A DNA stretch of 64,000 nucleotides from Candidatus Marinacidobacterales bacterium. Its GTDB lineage: Bacteria; Acidobacteriota; Vicinamibacteria; Marinacidobacterales; DATDRI01. The notes beneath the pieces were generated by a model. It worked only from the letters and a program-made list of their open reading frames with translations. It ran no database searches and was not told where the DNA came from. Made by a program: the position numbers and the translations under genes. Each line of letters opens with the position of its first letter. The stretch's first letter is position 1. The stretch lies in assembly GCA_965226495.1 (NCBI GenBank), contig OZ245365.1, forward strand, positions 4,928,001 to 4,992,000. Reading direction: 5' to 3'. This document shows positions 1 through 9,516 of the stretch, one piece after another.

Positions 1-317
1 ATTGGACCTCGGTGGACCAGATCTTGGCGAAGCTGGACGAAGAGCTCCATGAGCTCGACGCGGCTCGACAATCGGGAAGCACCGAGGCGGTGGCCGAAGA
101 GCTCGGTGATCTTCTCTTCGTTATTGCCAACATCTCCCGCCATCTCGGGGTCGATCCAGAGCTCGCCTTGAGGGCGGGAAACCAAAAATTCGAGGACCGC
201 TTTAGGCACATCGAAGAAAGACTCGGAGCGGACGGCAGATCGCCTTCGGACTCGAGCTTGGATGAGATGGAAGCTCTCTGGCAAGAAGCGAAAAACAAAC
301 GCGAGATGACGTCTTGA
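1..317 (+). CDS. mazG: Nucleoside triphosphate pyrophosphohydrolase MazG, C-terminal part (5' end outside window)
   Basis: Frame is open from the window start (W-T-S-V-D-Q..., tail of GFDW). Contains MazG motifs KLDEELHEL, EELGDLLF and NQKFEDRF. Confidence 0.9.
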   Translation, partial: WTSVDQILAKLDEELHELDAARQSGSTEAVAEELGDLLFVIANISRHLGVDPELALRAGNQKFEDRFRHIEERLGADGRSPSDSSLDEMEALWQEAKNKREMTS

Positions 318-318
318 C

Positions 319-2724
319 CTAAGGGCGGCTCTCGAAGGTCGCTAACTCCAAACCACCCCGTGGATCCAGTCCAACACTCACCGCGCCATCCATGTCCGTC
401 CTCACGTAGGTGATACCCCGCGCGCGGAGACGATGTAACACGCGGGCCGAGGGATGGTGCAGACTCCCCGCAGAAATGACGGCGAGTCGCGGCCTGACCG
501 CTTCGAGAAAGGCCGCGCTCGTAGAGCTCCGGCTGCCATGATGCGCCACCTTGAGGACATCGGCCCGAAGAGTCTTGCCCGAACGGATGAGCTCATGCTC
601 CAGCCACCGTTCGGCATCGCCGGTCAACAGGAGGCTAGAGCGGCCGTAGCGGACTCGAAGCACCAGTGAGTCGTTGTTCCGCCCATGGCTCTGCGAGCCA
701 CCCGCAGCGAGCACTTCGAACCCGACGTCGCCGAGATGGAACTTCTCCCCGCCCCGAAACCGCCGGACATGTACCCCGTGGATACTCGCTCCTTGTCGAA
801 GCCCTCGGTAGGCAGGAAGCTCCCAGGTGGGGGGGCCTTGCCAAAGCTCTCTCACTTTGAGATTTCGAATCACCGCCGGCAATCCTCCCAGGTGGTCGAA
901 GTCCGAATGCGTGAGAAGCACGGCGTGCAAACTTCGTACCCCGCGGCGAAGCAATGCGGGAACGATGACCCTCTCTCCCACGTCGAAAGAGGGGTCGAAC
1001 GATCCCCCACCGTCGACGAGGAGCCGTTTGCCATCAGGAAGCTCCAGGAGAAGTGCATCCCCGTGGCCCACGTCGAAGGCCGTTAATCGAAGCATTGACG
1101 ATGGGGAACCCGGTCGTCCGACCATCAAGGTCAGAGTCATAACGCATAAGAACGCCCCGAATAGCCGCCGTAGCCAACCATGAGTCACGAAAAGCGCGCC
1201 GAAGATGGCGAGGTAGCCCGATAACCACAACCAGCCCGGCGGGGGTACGCGCATCGAGCCCCCGGGAAGAGCGACCGCGACTTGTCCGCACAGCTCGAGT
1301 CCCTTGACCTGCAACCAAACCAGCCACGCGAAGGCATCTCCAACCCAAGCCACCGGTGCGACGATCAAGAGTAAGGCGGCAGTCACTAACGAACCCGCCG
1401 CCAGAGGCATGGCAACGATGCTCGCCAAGACGGCGACCGGCGTCAACCGTTGAAAATGCCAGGCCAGGATCGGAATGACGGCTGCCTGTGCGGCGATAGA
1501 TATCGCGAGTGCGCGCGCCAGTCTGCCGAGTCCCCGACCCAAGAAACGACCAAAGAAACGCGACATTGATGCCCCTAGGGGTACTCCTAGACCGAAGATC
1601 GATAAGGTGGCGGCGAAAGAGAGTTGGAATCCGGGGTCGTAGATGTCCAACGGACGAAACGCGAGAAGCAAGAGTGCGGAAGCCGCCAGCGCATTAAGGG
1701 CGGGCACTTCGAGACTCAGAAGCCTGGCACCCACGATCGTACAACCCATGGTCACCGCGCGTACAACCGAAGGGCGGCCACCACATAGCGCTGCGTAAAG
1801 AGGGAGCGCAATCAGAAGCGCAAAGAGAGCAGGGGTCTGATCGATTCCTGTCCATCGCAGGACCCGATAGAGGACCCACGCAAGCAGAGCGACGTGAGCT
1901 CCGCTGATGACGATCACGTGGAACGTCCCAGATTCCTGATAGAGCCTTTCCGCCCATTGAGGTATGAGGGATCGATCGCCGATCAACAAGGCGATGGCGA
2001 TGCCCGGAACTTCGTCTCCGACGCCGATGCGATGGAAGGCTGCGCGTATTCGACGGCGAACAAACCCGCGAGCTCGCGAAACGAGCTTTCTGGGCGACCC
2101 GCCGAAGGCGGGCGTTCCCCGTTCCACCAAGAGCGCGCTCTTCACGGAACCTGACATCGAGATTCCGCGGCGAGCCAGGTAAGCCTCCAGGTCGAAGCCT
2201 CCGGGATTCTGAAATCCCTTGGGACGGCGTAGCTTCGCCCAGAGTGAGACGCGGTCACCCGCGGCGAGACTCGAAAGGGACCGTCGAAGCGCCGGTTCGC
2301 CCCGAACATTTAGACTCACGCTTCCGGCGTCGAGCCTGACGAACCCTGTCGCGCCGCCCACCTTCACCCGTGCCACGTCCACTAGGAGCTTGGTCGCTTG
2401 CCGCCGGACCTCCGGCTCAGCCCTCAGTGTGCCCTCGAGATGGCAAGGGTTTTCAAACCCTACTTCGCCGAGCGCATCGTATAGCCGAAGGAGTGGCTGA
2501 CGCTCTAGGATTTGCTCGGCCAGCAGGCGCGAGGACGTACCTAAGAAGAAGTAGCTTGCGAGCAGGAGAACGGTTGCGGCGAACCTTCTTCCAGCGCGGG
2601 AGGTCGAGAAAGCGCCGGCAAGAAACGAAACTGACATCGCAACCGTGCTCTCGAGTGGAGGCGCGATCCCCGAGACCATCCCGACGACGAAGGCCCCAGC
2701 AAGCGCAACGGCCGGAGCCCTCAT
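319..2724 (-). CDS. comEC: DNA internalization competence protein ComEC/Rec2
   Basis: OB-like N-domain, competence domain (HVIVISGAH, PSVVRA, GFQLSF) and C-terminal metallo-beta-lactamase (DVGHGD, THSDFDHLGG, KVAHHGS). Confidence 0.95.
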   Translation of the reverse strand: MRAPAVALAGAFVVGMVSGIAPPLESTVAMSVSFLAGAFSTSRAGRRFAATVLLLASYFFLGTSSRLLAEQILERQPLLRLYDALGEVGFENPCHLEGTLRAEPEVRRQATKLLVDVARVKVGGATGFVRLDAGSVSLNVRGEPALRRSLSSLAAGDRVSLWAKLRRPKGFQNPGGFDLEAYLARRGISMSGSVKSALLVERGTPAFGGSPRKLVSRARGFVRRRIRAAFHRIGVGDEVPGIAIALLIGDRSLIPQWAERLYQESGTFHVIVISGAHVALLAWVLYRVLRWTGIDQTPALFALLIALPLYAALCGGRPSVVRAVTMGCTIVGARLLSLEVPALNALAASALLLLAFRPLDIYDPGFQLSFAATLSIFGLGVPLGASMSRFFGRFLGRGLGRLARALAISIAAQAAVIPILAWHFQRLTPVAVLASIVAMPLAAGSLVTAALLLIVAPVAWVGDAFAWLVWLQVKGLELCGQVAVALPGGSMRVPPPGWLWLSGYLAIFGALFVTHGWLRRLFGAFLCVMTLTLMVGRPGSPSSMLRLTAFDVGHGDALLLELPDGKRLLVDGGGSFDPSFDVGERVIVPALLRRGVRSLHAVLLTHSDFDHLGGLPAVIRNLKVRELWQGPPTWELPAYRGLRQGASIHGVHVRRFRGGEKFHLGDVGFEVLAAGGSQSHGRNNDSLVLRVRYGRSSLLLTGDAERWLEHELIRSGKTLRADVLKVAHHGSRSSTSAAFLEAVRPRLAVISAGSLHHPSARVLHRLRARGITYVRTDMDGAVSVGLDPRGGLELATFESRP

Positions 2725-2797
2725 TAATCTCGTCCGCCTTCGCGCCGTGCGAACCGCGAGCGCTTCGGCGAGATAAACCCGCCGAGGTTAGGGCGGA

Positions 2798-3712
2798 CTA
2801 GTTCTTGGGTTTGCCCTTGGGGGTAAGCTCGCCGCGGGCCTTCTTGATGACGAGCCCGCGGGCCAGCGCATCGAAGTCGTCTTGATTCTCGGCCAGCCTC
2901 GACTCGGGGCAAGCCAAGCTCAGGAGGTAGGCTAGGTCTTTCGAATAGTAAGCGATGATGCGATTGTAGACGGGCAATTCGGCGACTTGCTTGATGAAGC
3001 TTAGTTCGTAGGCGGTATAGGGTCCGAGGTCCAACGGTCCCGAACCTAGAAATCGAAACCCGGGAGCGGCGGCAACCGAGCTCTCGACCTCTCCGATCAC
3101 TTTGTGGAAGTCCTTGTAACTGCGCATCGTTCTCCGAATCAGCGCCAATGTCGCGCGGGCATCGCCCGCCCTTTTTTCCAACTGAACCGCAACGTCGAAC
3201 GAGGCGACCATGTCTTGAACCTGCCAATCCGTCGACGGAACGACGAGGCTCACGCCCAGTTCGTCGTTCGTCCAAACCGGAGGTGGAATGTCGCTCGCCG
3301 AAATTTTCGGAATGGTCCGTCCGGGTGCCGAAGGCGAGTTTGGACCCGGCTCTGGACGCACGGGCTCGACAGGCGTTTGCGTGTCCGGGGGAGTGGGCGG
3401 CCGAGTTGGTTGCGGCGGAGTCTGCTGCGCCTGCTCCGCCTGCTCCGCCTGCTCCGCCTGCTGAGATTGTCGCGGTGGATTCAACCGCTGGGTGGCGTCG
3501 AGATTGATGTAGTTGCTCGGTATCGATCGGAGCTTGCCGTCCATCGTGGTGATGACAACCACTTTTTTCTCGATCTCGTACTTCTGGACCTGCATCCGCG
3601 TCCCGTCCGTGAAAATCACGACGGCGGCGGCCGCAGTCGCCCCGAGCAGAAACAAGACGACAGCTAGGGCAGACAGGGCAGACACAAAGCGCTGCATTCT
3701 TTCCTCTCTCAA
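2798..3712 (-). CDS. Secreted hypothetical protein with Pro/Gln-rich linker and possible PsbP-like C-terminal domain
   Basis: Signal-peptide-like N-terminus, QAE repeats and a Pro-rich linker. The fold is inferred only. Confidence 0.7.
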   Translation of the reverse strand: MREERMQRFVSALSALAVVLFLLGATAAAAVVIFTDGTRMQVQKYEIEKKVVVITTMDGKLRSIPSNYINLDATQRLNPPRQSQQAEQAEQAEQAQQTPPQPTRPPTPPDTQTPVEPVRPEPGPNSPSAPGRTIPKISASDIPPPVWTNDELGVSLVVPSTDWQVQDMVASFDVAVQLEKRAGDARATLALIRRTMRSYKDFHKVIGEVESSVAAAPGFRFLGSGPLDLGPYTAYELSFIKQVAELPVYNRIIAYYSKDLAYLLSLACPESRLAENQDDFDALARGLVIKKARGELTPKGKPKN

Positions 3713-3797
3713 GTGGCTCCGGCATCATACTAGCGATTCCGAGCCTGCCAGGTCAAAACAGAACCCGGGAGGTCCAGCTTGAGGGAATTTGCTATCT

Positions 3798-5177
3798 TTA
3801 CTTTCGGGGGCGGAAGGTCGCGACGGATTCGATGTGATGGGTATTCGGAAAGAAGTCGAGCAGGACCAGACGAGCCAGTTCGAGACCTCCTCGTCGCAAA
3901 CGGCCGGCATCGCGACCCAACGATGCTGGGTCACAGGAGACGTAGCGAAGCTCCTTGGGAGGCTGACGGCAAAGGGTTTCCACCACCGTGCGCTCCAAAC
4001 CACCTCTTGGCGGGTCGGCGACCACGAAATCCACACCTTGGAAGCCTTCGCGGGCAGCAAAATCGGCAGAGCTCTCTTCTCGGAACGCGATGTTGGCGAT
4101 CCCGGCCCTGCTCGCGTTGGCCCGAGCGTCGGCAATCGCCGTCGGGGAGATTTCGACGCCCACGACCGCGTCGGCCAAGCCGGCCAACGGCAAGCAAAAG
4201 AGCCCGCCACCACAGTACAAGTCGACGACACGACCGAGCCCCTGCCCAGCTTGCCCAGCAGGCCCAACAGGTCCGGCGGAGGGCACCACCTCCGCAACGA
4301 GCGCGTCCAGAAGGAAACGATTTGCCTGGAAGAAAGCATGAACACTCGCGTCCAATTCGAAGCCCGCGACCCGGTGTCTCGTTTGGGTCTCCCCCAGCCG
4401 GCGTGACACACGCGGTACGGTCGTGAGTCCACTCTCGGTAACGACCAACCCTGCCAGGCCAACCTTTTGTACGAGCTCTTCGAGATCCCGACGACCCGGC
4501 GCCCTACCTGTTTTGACGAGGAAATGAACGAGCAACCTCCCCCCAGGTATGCCGGTTTCGGTCGAATCGTTTCCCCGTGGTCCCACTGGCCCCACCGACT
4601 CTATGAGCTCTAACGATTCGATGCCGGACGCGCGTTGCCGATTGGCGGCCACCCAACTACGGAGCTCGCCCAGCACTCGATTTGTCGCATCCGATATCTG
4701 AAGGCAGCGATCGATATCCACCACACGGTGGGTGCCTTCCGCATGGAACCCGACCACGGGGCCACGCCGGGTCTGTTTGACGTGGAAACGCGCCTTGGCG
4801 CGATACCCGGACTCCGGTCCCATCCGGACGGGCACTTCGTCTTTGAAGTCGAAACCTCCTCCCCGCCTTAGGCTTTCCAGGAGTATCCGAAGCTTGGCCT
4901 CTTGCTGAGCCGGCGGCCGAAGGTGCATCATCGAGCACCCCCCACAACTCGCGAAGTACGGGCAAGGAGGTTGACGCCGATCGGGTGAAGCTTCGACCAC
5001 CTCGACAACGGCGGCACGCAAGAAATCTCGTTTGCGCTCGAAGGGCTCGACCAGTAGCCGATCGCCCGGAGCCGATTGGGGAACGAAGACGACTTGGCCT
5101 TCGTGTCGTCCGAGGCCGAAACCCCCGGCAACGATTTTTTCGATCTGAAGAGGAAACCTGCGCGTCGTGTCTTTCAT
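3798..5177 (-). CDS. rlmD: 23S rRNA (uracil-C5)-methyltransferase RlmD/RumA family
   Basis: TRAM N-terminus, CPYFASCGGC Fe-S motif, FFQAN, DLYCGGG, DPPRGG, YVSCDP and FFPNTHHIE. Confidence 0.92.
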   Translation of the reverse strand: MKDTTRRFPLQIEKIVAGGFGLGRHEGQVVFVPQSAPGDRLLVEPFERKRDFLRAAVVEVVEASPDRRQPPCPYFASCGGCSMMHLRPPAQQEAKLRILLESLRRGGGFDFKDEVPVRMGPESGYRAKARFHVKQTRRGPVVGFHAEGTHRVVDIDRCLQISDATNRVLGELRSWVAANRQRASGIESLELIESVGPVGPRGNDSTETGIPGGRLLVHFLVKTGRAPGRRDLEELVQKVGLAGLVVTESGLTTVPRVSRRLGETQTRHRVAGFELDASVHAFFQANRFLLDALVAEVVPSAGPVGPAGQAGQGLGRVVDLYCGGGLFCLPLAGLADAVVGVEISPTAIADARANASRAGIANIAFREESSADFAAREGFQGVDFVVADPPRGGLERTVVETLCRQPPKELRYVSCDPASLGRDAGRLRRGGLELARLVLLDFFPNTHHIESVATFRPRK

Positions 5178-5189
5178 GGCGGCTAGTGC

Positions 5190-5906
5190 CTAGAGATAGA
5201 AAAGGCTCAAGGGGGGCAGTTCAAAGATCGAACGAACGCGCTTCAAGTAAGCCGCTCTCGACGCGGATTCGAATACCTCGGACGGCATGCGGGCTCGGTA
5301 GTCTCGAAGTGATCGTTCCGCCTCATCCGAGCATCGACGCTGATCCTCGGGCCTCAGGACCGACTCCGCCGCTTCCAGGAGGCTTTTCTCTACCGCGTCC
5401 AGCTCTTGCTCGATCTCGTCGAGCCTCATGGCATCCGCCTGATGCGCCTGCCGCGAGGCGAGCGCGTCCAGACGGCGAACCGCGTCGTCGATAGCGTCGA
5501 CGAGTGGTTGACGCGCTGCACCAGCTTTCTCTGCCGCTCGGGCTAACTCTCCTTTTAGGCGAGCTAAGTAGGCCTGCACATCCGTGGGATCGGCGCCGTC
5601 CCGTTCTTCCACCGATGGTGAGCCGGCAACCGCTTCTCGGAATCGCCGATAGTTCGCTTCGACGGTCTGCCGACAGTAAGAAAGCCGTCGAATGGGACGG
5701 TTGGGTTTGCTTCTCTCGAAGGCTCGGTCGAGTCCCTGCTTCACGACCCTCAGAGGAATCTGTTGTTGGCGCCAACGATCGATGAGCTGCCACTCGCGGG
5801 GACTGATGAATAAAGGGCTGCCGCGAAGAGCAACGAAATGTTTCTCGACTGCCGCGTAGTAATCTCCGTCATCCTCCTGCGTGTCCAGGTGATGGGCGTT
5901 GCTCAT
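5190..5906 (-). CDS. Conserved hypothetical protein, possible DnaD-like N-terminal domain
   Basis: 238 aa ORF overlapping the birA stop (ATGA). ISPREWQLIDRW...IPLRVV...LSYC resembles DnaD/DnaB_2 helices. Confidence 0.7.
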   Translation of the reverse strand: MSNAHHLDTQEDDGDYYAAVEKHFVALRGSPLFISPREWQLIDRWRQQQIPLRVVKQGLDRAFERSKPNRPIRRLSYCRQTVEANYRRFREAVAGSPSVEERDGADPTDVQAYLARLKGELARAAEKAGAARQPLVDAIDDAVRRLDALASRQAHQADAMRLDEIEQELDAVEKSLLEAAESVLRPEDQRRCSDEAERSLRDYRARMPSEVFESASRAAYLKRVRSIFELPPLSLFYL

Positions 5907-6709
5907 TCGTCAGTACCACGAAGGAAATGGACGTCTTCTGAATAAAGGGTTCGAACCTGACCGTCGGGAAGCTGGACTTTCAGGCCTCCGTCCTCCGCTA
6001 AGCCGGAAGTCGTGGCCTCGAACTCTTCGCCCTCCTTCTCCTGAACCTGCACTCGCATTCCTACTTTCCCCCACGCGCGCTCTTCCCACGCCCGAAGGAT
6101 GTCTGGAGATTTAGCGAGGCACCTGTCCCACCAAACCTCGAGTCGCTCGACAAGAACAGTTGCCACCAGCAGACGATCCTGAGGGCAACCGGTCTCGACC
6201 TTCAGAGAGGTCGCTACCGTCTGGAGCTCCTTGGGGAAATCCTCAAGCTCCTGGTTCACGTTGATGCCGAATCCCGTCACGACGTAGTCCGGGCGTTCGC
6301 CCGAAAAACTCGCCTCACACAAGATGCCCCCTACTTTGCGTCCCTCCAAGAGAAGATCGTTGGGCCATCGGATGAGGGGATTCAGAGCGCTGGCTTCAAC
6401 TATTGCTTCAGCGGCGGCGACCGAGGCAGCCGCGGGCAACAACGTCATGCTGAACCCTTTTCCCGGAGGCGGCCTGAGGAGAACACTGATGTAAAGCCCA
6501 CCCTCGAGCGAGCTCCACTCGCGTCTCCACCGCCCGCGACCCGCGGTTTGCCGATCTGCGAGAACCACAGCGCCGTGCGGTGCATCCCGCCGTGCCAACG
6601 TCGAAGCAAGACGGTTGGTCGAATCGGCTTCTTGATAGGAAAGGACACAACAGCCCAATTGTCTGGCCTTGCCACGTTCTCTGAGCAAACGACCGAACGA
6701 AGTCTCCAT
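5903..6709 (-). CDS. birA: Biotin--[acetyl-CoA-carboxylase] ligase without N-terminal HTH
   Basis: STN, QTAGRGR, RWPND, KVGGILCE and GFGINVN motifs. Confidence 0.93.
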   Translation of the reverse strand: METSFGRLLRERGKARQLGCCVLSYQEADSTNRLASTLARRDAPHGAVVLADRQTAGRGRWRREWSSLEGGLYISVLLRPPPGKGFSMTLLPAAASVAAAEAIVEASALNPLIRWPNDLLLEGRKVGGILCEASFSGERPDYVVTGFGINVNQELEDFPKELQTVATSLKVETGCPQDRLLVATVLVERLEVWWDRCLAKSPDILRAWEERAWGKVGMRVQVQEKEGEEFEATTSGLAEDGGLKVQLPDGQVRTLYSEDVHFLRGTDE

Positions 6710-6766
6710 CAGACTGCGGTGCTCCCTATGTCGGTCGTCGTCGGCCGATGCGCCTCCACCAACCCC

Positions 6767-9427
6767 TTAGGTCGATTGGCGAAGCGCTCGGAGGTTCTCG
6801 TCGATTCTCTTCTTCTTTTCCTGAAGGAGGTCGTATCTTTCCTGAGCTGTTTGAACAACATCTGGGGTGGCCTTGGAGGTGAAATCCGGATTCGAAAGCT
6901 TCTTTGCGAGCCCCTCTAGTTCCTTCTTGATCCGACCGACATCACGAGAAAGGCGGCTGATCTCCGCATCGCGATTGACGATATGCGCCAACGCTATTGT
7001 GATTTCCACCTCGTCGACAATTTCGGTCCGAGCGCCCGGCGGTACCGGACCGTCCCCCGAGAGCACGAGGTCTGAGACCCCGCCAAGAGACATCACCAGC
7101 TCCCGATGTGAGCCCAGGAGCCGCGCCTTGTCCGTGTTCTCGGTCTTGACCGCTACTTGGATCTTTCGCGTAGACTCGACATTGTATTCCGTTCGGAACC
7201 GTCGTACCACGTCGACAAGACTCTTCAAGGTGGTCATCTCCGCTTCCGCAACTGCATCTTCCCACTCAGGGACGGGTCTCGGAAACTCAGCAAGCGCGAT
7301 CGAATCCCCCTCGTGGGGCAACGACTGCCAGATCTCCTCCGTCAGAAAGGGCATGAAGGGGTGAAGCAACCGCAGACTTCGATCGAGAACGAGCTTTAGG
7401 ACGGGAAGAAAGGCTCGGTTATCGTCTCTTTCCGAGCGGAATTTCAAGGCGTCCAGATAGTCGCCGAGTAGATCTTCCTGGAGAAAGCGACCGATCTCCT
7501 CGGCGGCCTTGTCGATTCGGAAATCTCCAAGGGAGCTCACCAGAGTCCCGGTAACGCGAGAGCAGCGAGAAAGAATCCAGCGTTCGAGTAGTCCTTGCGA
7601 GTGCGGATCGCTGTCAAATGACTCTACGGGAGACTTCATCTGCGTCGACGCGAAACGAGCCGCGCTCCACAGCTTCGTCGTCAAGCCACGTGATTCGGCC
7701 AGGTCGGAATGGTTGACAAGAATGTCGGCCGACGGTAGAGCACATCGAGCGAGCGCGAAACGCACGGCGTCGGCGCCGTAGCGCTCCAAGACCTCGAGCG
7801 GGTTGACGACATTGCCTTTGGTCTTTGACATTTTCTGGCCGCGTTCGTCTCTCACGAGGGCGGTGATGTAAACCTCGCGGAACGGAACTTTCGATGTGAA
7901 CAGCAATCCCATCATGAGCATCCGCGAGACCCAAGGGAGGACTATGTCAGGGCCGGTAACCAGGAGATCGGTCGGGTAGTAACGCTGGTAGTCTGGGTTC
8001 TCGGTGGGCCAACCCAAGGCTGCGAACGGCCAGAGGCTCGCGCTAAACCAAGTGTCGAGCACATCGGCATCTTGGTGAAGCTCGGTACCGCCGCAGGTCT
8101 CGCACTTCGCGGGCTCCGTCTCCGACACTACAATGTGCTCTTCGCCGTCTTCACTTTCAGGGCGACAATACCAGGCAGGGATAGGATGCCCCCACCAAGA
8201 TTGACGGGAAATGCACCAGTCGTCTGCATGCCGTATAGACTCGATGCACGCTTCGGCCCAACCCTCGGGAACGAAACGCACCGTTTTCTGCTCCAAGGCT
8301 TCTATGGTTGGGCCGGCCAAAGGCTCGCTGCGTACGAACCACTGCGTGGAAAGCGTCGGCTCGACCAAGCTGTCACACCTTTCGCAATAACCAAGCTGGA
8401 GGCGCTCGGGCTTGGATCCCTCCAGAGCGTGCGACGAGCGGAGGTAGACGACGACCTCCTTACGAGCTTTGAAACGGTCTAATCCGGCGAGGCGACCGGC
8501 GTTCTCGGTCATGACCCCCGCTTGATCCAAAACGGCTAACGGAAGGAGCCCATGCCTGCCCCCGATCTGAAAATCTTTCATGTCATGGGCGGGGCACACC
8601 GCGATGACCCCGGTTCCCACATTCCGGTCCACCATCGGATCGGAAACGATGGGAATCACGCGCCCCACGAGTGGAAGAATCACCGCACTACCAATCAAGT
8701 GTCTATGACGCTCGTCGGCGGGATGAACCGCCAAGGCTTGAGCACCCAGAAGTGTCTCCGGCCTCCGCAGTGAGACCCTCACGTGCTCGTCAGATCCGGC
8801 TAGCGGGAAACGTACCGTGTATAGTTTTTCTTCGACGTCGCGATGGCGGATCTCCAATTCGGAGATGGCGGTCAGGCAGCGGGGACAAGAGTGAACGATA
8901 TGCTTGCCGCGGTAGATGAGATCACGACGATATAGACCAACGAAGGCTGACAAAACGGCGCTGGTCACCTGAGGCTCGAGGGTGAAACGCATTCTCGGCC
9001 AGTCGAAGGACCCGCCCAGCCTCTTGAGCTGGCTCACAATGGTGGCGCCGCTCTCCTCCTTGAGCCTCCGAACTCGGTCCAAGAATGCTTCGCGCCCGAG
9101 CGTCCAGCGATCCTGTCCCTCCTTGACGAGCTGACGTTCCACCACGTGCTGGGTGGCGATCCCGGCATGGTCGATTCCTGGCAGCCACAAGGTGTCGAAC
9201 CCTTGCATGCGTTTCCAACGAACGATGATGTCTTGAAGCGTGGTACCGAAGGCGTGCCCCATATGAAGTGACCCAGTGACGTTGGGAGGGGGCAAAACCA
9301 TCGAGAAAGGAATTGCGGAGGAGTCGGGGCGAGCTTCGAAATAGTGTTGTTCCACCCAATAGGTGTACCAGCGGCGCTCGAACTCCGCGGCCTCGAATGT
9401 TTTGGGAAGGGGCGACCCCGTATACAT
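6767..9427 (-). CDS. valS: Valine--tRNA ligase (divergent editing domain)
   Basis: PPPNVTGSLHMGH, DHAGIATQ, DWCISRQ, DVLDTWFS, KMSKT and a C-terminal coiled-coil arm. Confidence 0.92.
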   Translation of the reverse strand: MYTGSPLPKTFEAAEFERRWYTYWVEQHYFEARPDSSAIPFSMVLPPPNVTGSLHMGHAFGTTLQDIIVRWKRMQGFDTLWLPGIDHAGIATQHVVERQLVKEGQDRWTLGREAFLDRVRRLKEESGATIVSQLKRLGGSFDWPRMRFTLEPQVTSAVLSAFVGLYRRDLIYRGKHIVHSCPRCLTAISELEIRHRDVEEKLYTVRFPLAGSDEHVRVSLRRPETLLGAQALAVHPADERHRHLIGSAVILPLVGRVIPIVSDPMVDRNVGTGVIAVCPAHDMKDFQIGGRHGLLPLAVLDQAGVMTENAGRLAGLDRFKARKEVVVYLRSSHALEGSKPERLQLGYCERCDSLVEPTLSTQWFVRSEPLAGPTIEALEQKTVRFVPEGWAEACIESIRHADDWCISRQSWWGHPIPAWYCRPESEDGEEHIVVSETEPAKCETCGGTELHQDADVLDTWFSASLWPFAALGWPTENPDYQRYYPTDLLVTGPDIVLPWVSRMLMMGLLFTSKVPFREVYITALVRDERGQKMSKTKGNVVNPLEVLERYGADAVRFALARCALPSADILVNHSDLAESRGLTTKLWSAARFASTQMKSPVESFDSDPHSQGLLERWILSRCSRVTGTLVSSLGDFRIDKAAEEIGRFLQEDLLGDYLDALKFRSERDDNRAFLPVLKLVLDRSLRLLHPFMPFLTEEIWQSLPHEGDSIALAEFPRPVPEWEDAVAEAEMTTLKSLVDVVRRFRTEYNVESTRKIQVAVKTENTDKARLLGSHRELVMSLGGVSDLVLSGDGPVPPGARTEIVDEVEITIALAHIVNRDAEISRLSRDVGRIKKELEGLAKKLSNPDFTSKATPDVVQTAQERYDLLQEKKKRIDENLRALRQST

Positions 9428-9516
9428 GGGGGTGGTGGGTCAGGAAAAGCGACTTCCTCGCCGAGTCTTCTTCGTTTTTTGGGCTAATAACTAGGGGCGG
9501 CGAGAGGAAAGCCGAT

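Noticed and set aside
2724-3728. 334-aa alternative-frame ORF and other long shadow ORFs (e.g. 9650-10534, 27615-28709, 35599-36465)
   Set aside because: They overlap well-supported genes and lack motifs; such ORFs are expected in high-GC DNA.
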